A DNA stretch of 63,914 nucleotides, filler included, from Octopus bimaculoides (taxonomy: Eukaryota): the NCBI RefSeq assembly GCF_001194135.2. It is 8 parts of 8 records of this genome, joined end to end, with 100 filler letters (N's around TTAATTAATTAA, not from the genome) between each part and the next. Parts side by side here need not be neighbours in the genome. Positions count along the whole stretch, not along the records: positions 47,253 to 54,703 come from NC_068988.1; positions 54,804 to 60,791 come from NC_068983.1; positions 60,892 to 62,813 come from NW_026333478.1; positions 62,914 to 63,914 come from NW_026380024.1; 4 more parts are not named here. One strand, given 5' to 3'. Positions 51,686 to 63,752 of the stretch are shown in pieces. Each line of letters starts with the position of its first letter. The first letter of the stretch is position 1. The notes beneath the pieces are model-generated. The model saw only the letters and a list, made by a program, of their open reading frames with translations. It searched no databases and was not told where the DNA came from. A program made the position numbers and the translations under genes.

Positions 51686-52345
51686 AGATTTACATCTTTT
51701 TTGTTGTTGACTCTACATGTACCCTCAAAGTCCACTAAATGATGATAATTTTCAGACATGCAGTAAAGAACTTTGGTGCTTCTTGCTTGACACTTTTCCC
51801 CATTGGAATATTTACTAGAGGTACTGTATCTTTTATGCATCCAGGGTTCACATTTCTGAACAGTTTGGTTTATTGTTTCGACACCTTGCATTTACAAGAA
51901 TTTCAGCAATGTGTCCATCTCGACGCTATCAAAGGCATTTTCGTAATCAACGAAAGTGATACACAAAGGAAACTCGTCTATGAGCTATGCTAGACTAAAT
52001 ATGTGATCTGTCGCACCGGAGTTCATAGAGAAACCTGCTATTCGTCGTCGGGGTGTTTCGATAGTCAGGCGAATATGACCTTTTTTAAACAAATAATAGA
52101 GGTGAGTTATATTGGGTGAAAGTTTTTAAAACTTAATTTTCCTCTTATGAAGCAAGATAGTATTCGAGTCGATCAGTTAGCGATTGAAGCGCAAAAAGAG
52201 GATTTTTGCACCGCTCTTGACTTCTGATAATAACCTCATTGTTGTGACGACATCCTGCCCAGGTACTCTCTCTGTTTTCATCAATTTGAAGACATTTCGA
52301 ATTTCACTGACCAGAATGCATACATTAAGGGTAGACAAGAGGGAT
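51686..52345 (-). mobile_element. RTE-clade LINE reverse transcriptase fragment, heavily degenerate
   Basis: Minus strand: EIRNVFKLMKTERVPGQD; TILLHK; AGF...TDHIF; PLCITFVDYENAFDSVE; KFFTACL. Confidence 0.8.
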
Positions 52346-54149
52346 TGAATAGAGCAAACACGCTTTATTGCATAATACAAGGATTGTTTCATTTCGATTT
52401 TACCAGGAGGTACTTGCCGAAATACTATCATAAATCATATCTGTTAAATGATATATCTTCGGAATCTTATTTCAGCAACATCCATCTGTGTAGATTCTTT
52501 AGTTATGAATGCAATAAGTTGACTAAATCACAACATATTCCACAGAAAAGGTCACTCACTTTCATATTACAATAATTTCATCAGCATTTCAAAAACCACA
52601 AATGCAGTTCAACAGATCAAGAAAAGGGTTCTAAAATGGTTATTTCATGTCATGATGTATGTGACAGTGTATACTACGTTACAAAACAGCAGTTCCGTTT
52701 TGTAAAAATAGTTTTTGAAATAATACCTGGAATGAAGATATTTTTGCAGCGGAACATATAAATAAAAATTTCAACTGCAATGCTCCACAAACAGTGTGTT
52801 GTCTGATTCATCTATTTATGATATGCTATTCCAAACGAGGTTCCTTAGATGATTGAAGCTTTCAAATGTAAATACAAATAAGTAATTTTGTGTTATCTTG
52901 TTATGGTTTGATTTCTTAGTTTTAATAGCATTTTATAAAAGGACGTATGTTTTGGAATAGCATAAACTTCCATAATATTCTACACTAGATATTTCGAGTA
53001 TTTATATCCTATTTTTCAGAAATGTGCTTTTGGGTATCTTAAAACGATCGTACAGTTATCGTGTGCTTTTCAAAAGAATTTGAATCTCTTACCTTGAAGC
53101 AATATTCCTAATTTTTCATCAACAAATTTCTGAAGGAAAGGAAATAACGAAATGTAGTATTTTTTACTTCAAGCTATGATATTAAAAGATCGACCACTCA
53201 AAACTGCAAGAAATCAATATGCAACTAAAATACTATTAAGAGATGTACGAAACATATTAAGTACATCTCTCCATTTCATCCCCCCCCCCCGTCTCACTCT
53301 GTCTCTGTCTATGTCTTTGTCTCTCTGCCTGTCTGCTTGCCTCTCTTTATCTCTCTCTCCCTATCTATCTATCGATCGATCGATCTATATACATATATTG
53401 ATACACATATACATATATATATGAGTGTGTATATATACACATAGGCATGGAAATATGTATATTCATGTGTGTGTGTGTATTCGTGTATATTTATGTATAT
53501 ATGTATGAATATATATATATATATATATATATAGCAAAACTTCTATGTATGTAAATGTATACGCGCTGGCAAATTGAATTGCACGAATTCGTCACTGGAA
53601 TAGACAGTTTAATTAGCAGAACAACTATATGTCTGTGAAACAAATTACCTACTTGTAGTGTGATGCTCTCAAGGATAAACATTATAAGGCAAATTATAGG
53701 TTCATTATCATTCAGGCACTCTACACATTTTTTTTCTGTTCGTGGTTACTTATACGCATATCCCTTCATGGAAAAGAGACAAATACGTACATATACGCAT
53801 GCATGGCCACATCTGCACTTGCCTATACACGGACACAGATGCCCGTATTTACATAATCACGTATACAGACACGATCTGTCTTTACTTGTACATATGTACA
53901 CCATCATTTTATACTTTGGAACTGAGTGTCTATTTTGTTCCATAACGTAGTTATCACACACAGACACACACTAGCACACCACTCATTTCTGCACACCCGC
54001 ACAATATAGTTAAACACACTAGNNNNNNNNNNNNNNNNNNNNNNNNNNNNNNNNNNNNNNNNNNNNNNNNNNNNNNNNNNNNNNNNNNNNNNNNNNNNNN
54101 NNNNNNNNNNNNNNNNNNNNNNNNNNNNNNNNNNNNNNNNNNNNNNNNN

Positions 54150-54220
<71 letters not shown>

Positions 54221-55393
54221 TAGAGAGAGAGAGATACATACACTGAGAAATATAGATATCGATATAGATTTACCTACCGCCACACACGCAGACACATATA
54301 CCTGCAACCTAATCATATTAATAAAGGAAAGTATCATTTATTGCGAACGACATTCTGAACAAGCTATACGAAGATTCATTCGTACCTGACGAAAACAAAA
54401 TAAACACATTAGAAAAGTCATTCACTCATGAAATAACGTACATCGTACCAGAAACAGCTCCATAAAAAATGTGTTCATAATTATATTTAAGGCTAAATTC
54501 AGTCACAACATACAAGTAATTAGTATTCTTTAATTCTGACCAAATACAAGTGGACACACTTATTCCTAAAAATATAATATATCACCAAAACGATTTATAA
54601 AACCTATCATTCGAAGGTCGCACTGGCGTGGAATTTGAGTTGCTGTATAAATTTGTAAATAAATCTTTATCACAACACGTGTGCACGTATGTATGCATGC
54701 ATTNNNNNNNNNNNNNNNNNNNNNNNNNNNNNNNNNNNNNNNNNNNNTTAATTAATTAANNNNNNNNNNNNNNNNNNNNNNNNNNNNNNNNNNNNNNNNN
54801 NNNGTTCGTGCTACAGATCATGGTGAGAGGGATAACTTCCCTTGGCAAACAGGACACAGTCGTGTGTCGATAAGCCAGCTGGAGGAGATGTTCTCCTGGG
54901 GCTAAAAGCAACAGTAACATCCACCCCTAGGGGTCAGCCACACTTAAGTGGCAATATACTACACTTTATCGTGCAGTTACTGTTAATACTTCATTTAGAG
55001 AATTAACATTGCTTGTTTTCACCTTTTCGATATCAGTGAAGAATTTCACTGGAAAAGTAGTTACTGTTAATACTTCATTTAGAGAATTAACATATATATA
55101 TATTCATATTGTTAAAGGTTGCAGCTTGAAAGATCATGGTATAGGAAGTTAGTAAGCTTTAAGCATGTATGCAACCAGTATTGATGACAAAGAGTGGACA
55201 ACGTACAATAAAAAGAGTTTAATAAACTGTGTATGTCCCATATAGAAATCAATGAAAATTTCAATAAGTTGACAGTTACTATACAACTTACAGTTTAGCT
55301 GTGAAAATTGCCAAATATGCAACATATATGAAAGATATGTAGTCTTTATTTACCATTTCCATTCCTTACATTCTTGGATTTAATATATATATT

Positions 55394-55455
55394 ATCATCA
55401 TCATCATCATCGTTTAATGTCCGCTTTCCATGCTAGCATGGGTTGGACGATTTGA
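55394..55455 (-). mobile_element. Family C: RTE-type 3' terminus with (GAT)n tail; further copies at 56250-56392(+), 56565-56712(-), 58692-58745(-), 59906-60205(+), 60230-60330(-)
   Basis: Shared terminal CCAACCCATGC.AGCATGGAAA.CGGAC.TTAAA.GATGATGAT. RTE assignment is from family knowledge, not coding evidence. Confidence 0.7.
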
Positions 55456-55556
55456 CAAATAAATCATGTTAATGTATGTATCTCCGTGTGTTTTGTGTCT
55501 CCCTGTCTTGTGACATGGTAGTTGTTCATAAGCGTCATCATCATTTCAGTGGTGTT

Positions 55557-56001
55557 CTTCATCATCATCATCGTTTAACATTTGCTTTCCATGCTGGCAT
55601 GGGTGGGACAGTTTGACAAGAGCCGGCCAGGCAGAAGCCTGCACCAGATTTGTGTAAATGTTTTGGCTGGATGCCTTTCCTAACATCAACCACTCAGCAG
55701 TGTGGACTTAGTGCTTTTTATGCGGCACAAACACAAGCGAGGTCAGTTTTGGCAAGGTTTTTACAGCTGGATGCCCTTCCAAACACCAACTACTTTACAG
55801 CATGGACTGGTTGCTTTTATGTGGCACCTGCATTGATAGGGTTACCAGGTACTTGGAAGACAAAACCGAACTCTTTAGTGTGGAGAGGGGACATTAGAGG
55901 AGCTGATGTTGGTTGTGTCAGATTATGAAAGGTTATAAGTGAAGCAGAAAGATAGAAACAGGTGTCTTGCTGTAGAAGAGGTACAAGGTTATCTGGCTGG
56001 A

Positions 56002-56037
<36 letters not shown>

Positions 56038-56250
56038 GGGAATGAAGACAGAAACAGGTGTGCTGTCGCAAAAGAAATACATGGTTACCCAACCTGAGTA
56101 AAGTGCAGGAGAAGGAGAGAGAGAGTGAGAGACAGCAGGATAGAGATGGTGGCAAAGTGCTGGGCATACTCACAAGGGATAAGGATCAGAATATAAATGG
56201 GATGGTTGAGTAATGGAAGAGATGTTTTCAGTATTTTGTGTGAGCATGTC
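55557..56250 (-). mobile_element. Family C long copy with internal duplication and (GA)n
   Basis: (CAT)n tail, CCATGCTGGCATGGG, and the GCTGGATGCC.TTCC.AAC block twice. Confidence 0.7.
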
Positions 56251-56407
56251 CTTCCATTTGGAAATGTTGCTTTGCTTGGAAATATGTGAGGATTGGTGAC
56301 ACATAGAACATCAGGCTGTAAAAAATCTGCCTCACCAAATTCTATCTGACTCATGCAAGCATAGAAAATTCAATGCAAGAAAGATGATAATAATGGTGTT
56401 GCTGATA

Positions 56408-56450
<43 letters not shown>

Positions 56451-56764
56451 TGTGAATGTTAGCATTTCATGGCTTCTCCTGTCACTGTCTAAAAAAGAAC
56501 ACTGGCATGATGTTTACATTCCTTGTTGATATTACAATCTGTTGATCTACATTTTCAAAAGCCATCATCATCATAATCATTTAATGTTTGTTTTCCCTTC
56601 TGGCATGGGTTGGACAGTTCGACAGAGACTGGCAAACTGGAAGACTGCATCAGGCTCTTCTCTCTGTTTTGGTATGGTTTTTGCAGCAGGATGCCCTTCC
56701 TAATGCCAATACAATAAAAAAAGAAATCCCTTACTTGGCAATAGGAATGTTATCCAGGGGATGA

Positions 56765-56948
56765 GTAAAGGCTGATACAGCTTGGCACCAGTGACATTGT
56801 AACTCAATTTCTACAGCTGAGTGAACTAGAGCAACAGGAAATAAAGTGTCTTGCTCAAGAACACAACACACAGCCCAGTCCGGGAATCAAACTCACTAAC
56901 TCATGATTGTGAACATGATGCACTAACCACTGAGCCATGTGCTTTCAC
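56765..56948 (-). mobile_element. SINE family D (tRNA-derived)
   Basis: Reverse complement: TGGCTCAGTGGTTAG A box, GAGTTTGATTCCC B box, TTCTTGAGCAAGACACTT...GCTCTAGTTCACTCAGCTG. Confidence 0.75.
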
Positions 56949-57147
56949 ATGTGTGTNNNNNNNNNNNNNNNNNNNNNNNNNNNNNNNNNNNNNNNNNNNN
57001 NNNNNNNNNNNNNNNNNNNNNNNNNNNNNNNNNNNNNNNNNNNNNNNNNNNNNNNNNNNNNNNNNNNNNNNNNNNNNNNNNNNNNNNNNNNNNNNNNNNN
57101 NNNNNNNNNNNNNNNNNNNNNNNNNNNNNNNNNNNNNNNNNNNNNNN

Positions 57148-57335
57148 GCCCTTGTGCCGGCAGTACGCAAAAGCACCCACTACACTTTCGGAGTGGTTGG
57201 CGTTAGGAAGGGCATCCAGCTGTAGAAACTCTGCCAGATCAGATTGGAGCCTGGTGCAGCCTTCTGGCTTGCCAGTCCTAAGTCAAATCGTCCAACCCAT
57301 GCTAGCATGGAAAGCGGACGTTAAACGATGATGAT
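57148..57335 (+). mobile_element. Family C copy, well preserved
   Basis: GGTTGGCGTTAGGAAGGGCATCCAGCTGTAGAAAC...CCAACCCATGCTAGCATGGAAAGCGGACGTTAAACGATGATGAT. Confidence 0.8.
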
Positions 57336-57354
57336 ATATATATATATATATATA

Positions 57355-57520
57355 TATGATAAACTTCTCTCAGATTCTTTCTACCAAATTCACTCACAAG
57401 GCTTTGGTTGGCCTGGGTCTATAGTAGACAACACTTGTCTATTGTGCCAAGTGATGAGACTGAACCCAGGACCATATGGTTGGGAAGCAAGTTACTTAAC
57501 CACACAGCCATGCCTGCACT
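57355..57520 (-). mobile_element. SINE family A head half
   Basis: CACTCACAAGGCTTTGG...GACTGAACCCAGGACCAT...CCACACAGCCATGCCTGC. Confidence 0.75.
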
Positions 57521-58169
57521 TACATAACCACTTTTGTATTTTCACATCTGCTCCTGATGAAACTAAATACTATAAAGTACTTAGCGTGGCTTTCTATCTT
57601 TGTGAACATCTCTAATTCCATTTTAGTTTAGATGTGATCTTGGAACATATTTTCCTTGGAGATTTGGTTCCCCCCCCCCAAAAAAAACCCACAAAGCAAT
57701 AAACAAAGCACTAAAAGATTTATCATTTCCTATGAATGTTACAGTAAAATGTTATTGTTGAAAAGCTTTATGGTCGAAGATGTGGGTTCATATTGTTAAT
57801 ACTTCGACATGTTATGTGGCTTTGAACATTGCTCTGTGCTTTTTGGTCAGACCTGTCATAGTCTTTCATCTTATCCTGAGCTTCACTTGTCATTTTTTTT
57901 TCTTTTGTTCTCCTTTTCTCATTCACTTATTGATGTACAAGTGAAGTCAATGCAAGTATAGGAATTATGAACAATGTACATATAAGTACAAGACTTATGA
58001 ACTAATACAGTATGTAAAAGGATTAACTTATTGATATTGATTATCACAGTTTTTTGTTGCTTTTTACTTCTCTTTCTTTTTTTTCATTTTAGTTCATGTT
58101 ATATCTATTGTAGTTAGATTTTTTATTAAGTGCTATACTGTGCTTTCTAGTATGTTCTTTAAGAATCTT

Positions 58170-58680
58170 TTTATCTTTTGCTTGTTTCGGTCATTGAAGT
58201 TTTTCACTCATTGAAGTGAGGCCATGCTAAGGCACCGTTTTTGAAAGCATTTATAGTTGAACAAATTGACTCCAGTGCTTATTTTTGTATTTGTTGTTTT
58301 AAGTCTGTGACTTATTCTATCAGTCCCTTTTGCTGAACTGCCAAGTTGTGGGGACATAGACAAACCAACACTGGTTGTCAAGTGGTGGAGGGACAGACAC
58401 TAACAGAAAGGACCACACACATACGCATGCACGGCAAGCTTCTTTCAATTTCCATCCACTAAATCCCCTCACAAGGTGGGGGTTAAAGACTGGTACTTAT
58501 TCTTTTGGTCTCTTTTGCCAAACTGCTAAGTTTGGCAAAAGAAACCGATAGAATAAATACCAGTCTTTAAAAACAAATAAGTACTGGGGTCGATTCATTC
58601 AACTAAAACTTCTTCAAGGTGGTGCCCCAGCATGGGCACACTCTAATGACTGAAACAAATAAAAGGAAAAGGTAAAAGAT
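58170..58680. mobile_element. Rearranged SINE family A cluster: minus-strand tail and body (58170-58476), then a fold-back into a plus-strand tail (58529-58680)
   Basis: Tail motifs present in both orientations; see the fold-back finding. Confidence 0.7.
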
Positions 58681-58749
58681 AATATAAATAATTATCATCA
58701 TCATCATTTTAATGTTCACTTTTGCATGCTTGCATGGATTGGATGATAG

Positions 58750-58862
58750 GTTTTTGTAGGCCTGGGACAATAGTAGAAGATTCTTGCCCAAGGTGCCACA
58801 CAGTAGGACTGAACTCAAATCAAAGTGGTTGGGAACGAAGTTTCTTACCACACAGCCACACA
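58750..58862 (-). mobile_element. SINE family A head
   Basis: TAGTAGAAGATTCTTGCCCAAGGTGCCACACAGTAGGACTGAAC...TTACCACACAGCCA. Confidence 0.7.
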
Positions 58863-59181
58863 CTTTTCTTTCATTTACTTCACTGAATGTTCATTCATGA
58901 AAGAATGTACATACACATGGATATTTGTAGTTGAACACACGAATATGTACGTGTACAAATAAATATACATAAACATGTACCCTGTGAATGATAATTTTAT
59001 TTTCCATATATTTGTTATAAGTATCACTGAATAATATCAAAATAAAATTACATCTGTGACAACAAAACCCAAGTAACGTTTACGTGCACAAAATACTTTC
59101 TTCCCTTGTCTGTTGGTGATTTGGTTAGGGGCTCCAGTACACATCTATCTTTTGGTAGCAGTGCAATTTATCTCTCTCTCT

Positions 59182-59589
59182 CTCTTTTACTCTTTTACTT
59201 GTTTCAGTCATTTGACTGTGACCATGCTGGAGCACTGCCTTTAGTTGAGCAAATCAACCCCAGGACTTATGCTTTGTAAGCCTAGTACTTATTCTATTGG
59301 TCTCTTATGCCGAACCGCTAAGTGACGGGGACATAAACACACCAACATCGGTTGTCAAGCAATGCTAAGGGGACAAACATAGACACACAAACATACACAC
59401 ACACACACATATATACATATATATGATGGGCTTCTTTAAGTTTCCATCTATCAAATCCACTCACAAGGCTTTGGTCGGCCCGAAGCTAGAGTAGAAGACA
59501 CTTGCCCAAGATGCTACATAGTGGGGGACTGAACCCGGAACCATGTGGTTGGTAAGCAAGCTACTTACCACACAGCCACTCCTGCACCT
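59182..59589 (-). mobile_element. SINE family A, full length
   Basis: Colinear with 14411-14801 over its whole length. Confidence 0.9.
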
Positions 59590-59755
59590 CTCTCTCAATC
59601 TTTTTTTTTTTGCACCATATATTTGGTTCTCATCTCCACTTTCTCTAAGAGTTTTCTCAGTCATTTGCCCTAGCTACACCAGACAATTTAATCTTGCTCT
59701 ACCATACATCTTATCTAAATAAACACCGATATGGGAGGATCAGCTAATTATGATT

Positions 59756-59903
59756 TTATTCAACATATTCCCCTCTCAGATTCACACACTTATTGCAGTG
59801 GTCCTTCTGTTTTTTTAAGCCCTGTAAAATAACTTGGAAGGTTGAGCCTCCAACCAAGCCTTTTGCGATACCCTTGAAGTCCAGAACTTTTCAATACCCC
59901 TTG
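59756..59903 (-). mobile_element. Mariner deletion derivative: 5' TIR joined to the last ~40 codons
   Basis: TA|CAAGGGGTATTGAAAAGTTCTGGAC (rc), then KAWLEAQPSK.F..GLKKQKDHCNKCVNLRGEYVE*. Confidence 0.7.
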
Positions 59904-60737
59904 TATATAAAACACTCATGCTGGTACCATGTATAAAATATCCATGCTGGTACCACATATAAAGTGTCCGTGCTGATGACCATTTTATTGCTCTGGTGCC
60001 ATGTAATAAAACTGGTGGTGGTGCCACATAAAAATCACCCAATACACTCTGTAAAGTGTTTGGTATTAAGATGGGCATCCGGCCATAGAAACCATGCCAA
60101 AACAGATGATTGGAGTCTGGTGCATCTCTTTTGGCAGATCAACTCCTGTCAAAATTATCCAACCCATGCTAGCATGGAAAATGGATGTTGAATTATGATG
60201 ATGATCTGATCATGGTGATGTATAATTACCATCATCATTGTTTTAATGTCCACTTTTCCATGCTTGCATGGATTGGATGAAGTTTATTGAGGCGAATTCT
60301 CCATGGACAGACATGTTTTATGCAGAAATATCAGAATTGAATGACGTTGATTTATATCTATCATGCAATGTCAGGACAAAGAGACACAAACATAATAAGA
60401 TCCAGGGATCGAGATCTAGGAAGAAAGTTAGCTTTGAGCAATCTGTAGTGAATATAAAGAAACAACATTCAGGAATAATAGTGGCTTATTGAGACGGAAG
60501 GTTGTGGATTTTTGTTCTTTTATCGAAGAAGGATGAGCTGTAACAAAGATGTTTTTATATTCTTCAGTATGCAACCAGGGTTGCCGAGCATGCGAAAAGA
60601 ATGCAAGAGTTACTACTTCTGAAGCTCCACTCACTATGAAACATATGTAACCTGGATTTCCCATACTCCATTCTGTAACTCTTGTATATATAAATGTGTG
60701 TGTGTGTGTGTGTGTGTGCATATGTGTGTGTGCATGA

Positions 60738-60791
<54 letters not shown>

Positions 60792-60891
60792 NNNNNNNNN
60801 NNNNNNNNNNNNNNNNNNNNNNNNNNNNNNNNNNNTTAATTAATTAANNNNNNNNNNNNNNNNNNNNNNNNNNNNNNNNNNNNNNNNNNNN

Positions 60892-62813
60892 ACGTACATC
60901 CATACGTACGTACATCCATACGTACGTACATCCATACGTACATACATCCATACGTACGTACATCCATGCGTACATACATCCATACGTACGTATGTAAGTA
61001 CGTACGTACATCATTACGTACGTACACCCATACGTACGTACGTACATAGGTACGTACGTACATCCATACGTAGGTACGTACGTACATTCATACCTAGATA
61101 CGTAGGTACGTACGTAAGTCCATACGTAGGTACGTACGTACATCGATGCGTAGTAACGTAGGTACACGCATGTACGTACGTAGGTACGTACGTACATCCA
61201 TACGTACGTTCGTAGGTACGTACCTACATCCATACGTACGTACGTAGTACGTGCATCCATACGTAAGTACGTAGGTAGTACGTACATAGATACGTACGCA
61301 CTTAGGTGCGTACGCACATCCATACGTACGTACGTACATCCATACTTACGTACGTAGGTACGTACGTACATCCATACGTACGTACATCCATACGTACGTA
61401 CGTAGGAACGTACATACATCCATACGTACGTACATCCATATGTAGGTACGAACGTAAACCATACTTATGTACGTAAGTACGTACGTACATACATACGTAC
61501 GTACGTAGGTAGTACGTATATCCATACGTACGTACGTAGGTACGCACGTACATCCATACGTAGGTACGTAGGTACGTAGGTACGTACGTACATCCATGGG
61601 TAGGAACGCAGGTACGAACGTACATCCATACGTACATACATAGGTTCATATGTACATCCATACGTACGTACGTAGTTACGTATGTGCATCCATACGTAGG
61701 TACTTACGTACAAACATACCTAGGTGCGTAGGTACGTACGTAAATCCATACGTAGGTACGTACGTACATCCATGCGTGGGAACGTAGGTACTTACGTACA
61801 TCCATACGTACATACATAAGTTTGTACGTACATCCATACGTACCTACGTAGGTACGTATGTACATCCATACGTAGGTACGTAGGTACGCACGTACATCCA
61901 TACGTACGTATGTAGGTACGTACGTACATCCATACGTACGTACCTAGGTAATACGTACATCCATACGTACGTACGTAGGTAGTACGTACATCCATACGTA
62001 AGTACGTAGGTGCGTAAGTACATACATATGTACGTACGTAGTTATGTAGTTACATACATACGTACGTACGTAAGTACATAGTACATCCATACGTACGTCC
62101 GTAGGTACGTACGTAGATCCATACGTACGTACATCCATATGTACGTTCGTACATCCATACGTACGTACGTAGGTACGNNNNNNNNNNGTACATCCATATG
62201 TACGTTCGTACATCCATACGTACGTACGTAGGTACGTACGTAGGAACGTAAGTACATACATACATACGTACGTAGGTACGTACGTACATCCATACATACA
62301 TNNNNNNNNNNTACATACATACGTACGTAGGTACGTACGTACATCCATACATACATACGTACGTACGTACATACATAATACGTAGGTACGTGCGTACATA
62401 CATACGTACGTCCGTAGGTACGTACGAATATACATACGTACGTACATCCATACATATGTACCTATGTACGTACGTACATATATACATACGTACGTAAGTA
62501 CGTACGTACATACATACATATGTACGTACATTCATACATACGTACGTAGGTACGTGCGTAATCCATACATACATACGTACGTAGGTACGTTCCCACGTAC
62601 CCACGTGGGCACCTATCCACCTACCTAAGTATGGATGTACATACGTACGCACGCGGGTACGTATGTTTATGTATACGTACGTACGTAGGTACGTACGTAC
62701 ATCGATACATCCATGCATACGTACGTAGGGACGTACTTACATCCATACATATAAACGTAGGTGCGTACGTACATCCATACATACATACGTAGGTACGTAC
62801 GTACATCCATACA
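60892..62813. repeat. Mosaic tetranucleotide satellite (TACG/TACA/TCCA/TAGG units), about 1.9 kb
   Basis: Recurrent GTACATCCATACGTAC and TACGTAGG blocks; bounded by spacer gaps. Confidence 0.95.
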
Positions 62814-62913
62814 NNNNNNNNNNNNNNNNNNNNNNNNNNNNNNNNNNNNNNNNNNNNTTAATTAATTAANNNNNNNNNNNNNNNNNNNNNNNNNNNNNNN
62901 NNNNNNNNNNNNN

Positions 62914-63361
62914 GTATCTTTAGGAATTTTTTCCCATTCTTCTTGACAAATTTTCTTCAAATCCGGAATGCACGTTGTGGCTCTTGAATGAATTTTAATT
63001 TTCAAATAACGCCATAAATTTTCAATGGGGTTCAAGTCAGGTGACTGGCTTGGCCATTCTAATAGTTATATATTGTGATTGACAATCCACTTTTTGGTAG
63101 ACTTCGCCGTGTGCTTAGAGTCATTATTCTGTTGTAAAACCCACACAAAGCTGGAACTTTTTTACAGAGTCCCATAAATTATTGTTCAAAATATTTTGGT
63201 ACATCTCTGCATTCATTCTACCATCTATCACATGTAAATTGCCAGTGCCATTTGCAGAGAAACACCCCCACACCATGATGTTCCCACCTCCAAACTTTAC
63301 AGTAGGAATTATGTTTATCAGCAAATAGGCGGTACCATCTTTCCTCCAAACATGGCTACGA
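62914..63361 (-). mobile_element. Tc1-family (DD34E) transposase fragment
   Basis: [17 protein letters not shown]; QQNNDSKH (catalytic D mutated to N), 34 codons, then [15 protein letters not shown]. Confidence 0.92.
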
Positions 63362-63368
63362 GGGATGG

Positions 63369-63752
63369 ATGAACTCAACACCAATTATTCTCCCACGCAA
63401 ATTCCAAATCAAAACAATACCAAATGAACCTGACAGACAGAGGACTATTAGGGAAAGGTTAGCACTATTCCATCTAAAATCAGAGATTGAACTACTAAGA
63501 CTTAGAGCCTCCACTAATGAAGAAAAATATAAAAACATCGACGAAGAGATGCACAAGGAAATAAGCAAACAACCCGAGGGTCAACTCATCGAAAACACCA
63601 TAAATCTTTGGAAACAAGTCTGTGAAAAGGAAGAAAGAAATTCTGTCCTACGCTGGGAAAAAAGCAATGATTTCTTCCAAAGATATGAATCAACTTTTAA
63701 AAAAGAATTCAGTACAGATAATCCTTTTCTAAAGAAAAAAAACTATAAATAA
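63369..63752 (+). other. 127-codon open frame of unknown function, probably a transposable element ORF fragment
   Basis: Open, K/E-rich, non-repetitive; abuts the truncated Tc1; followed by a Q/P/N-rich degenerate continuation. No motif recognised. Confidence 0.35.

Noticed and set aside
54804-54830. VRATDHG, resembling a cadherin V.ATD.G motif (octopus has expanded protocadherins)
   Set aside because: The following residues lack the xPxLSS...V.V.D.ND pattern, and the segment looks like non-coding repeat sequence on the other strand.
60844-62806. Many overlapping YVRTYGC-type ORFs
   Set aside because: Translation of the tetramer satellite, which lacks stops in several frames; no evidence of coding.
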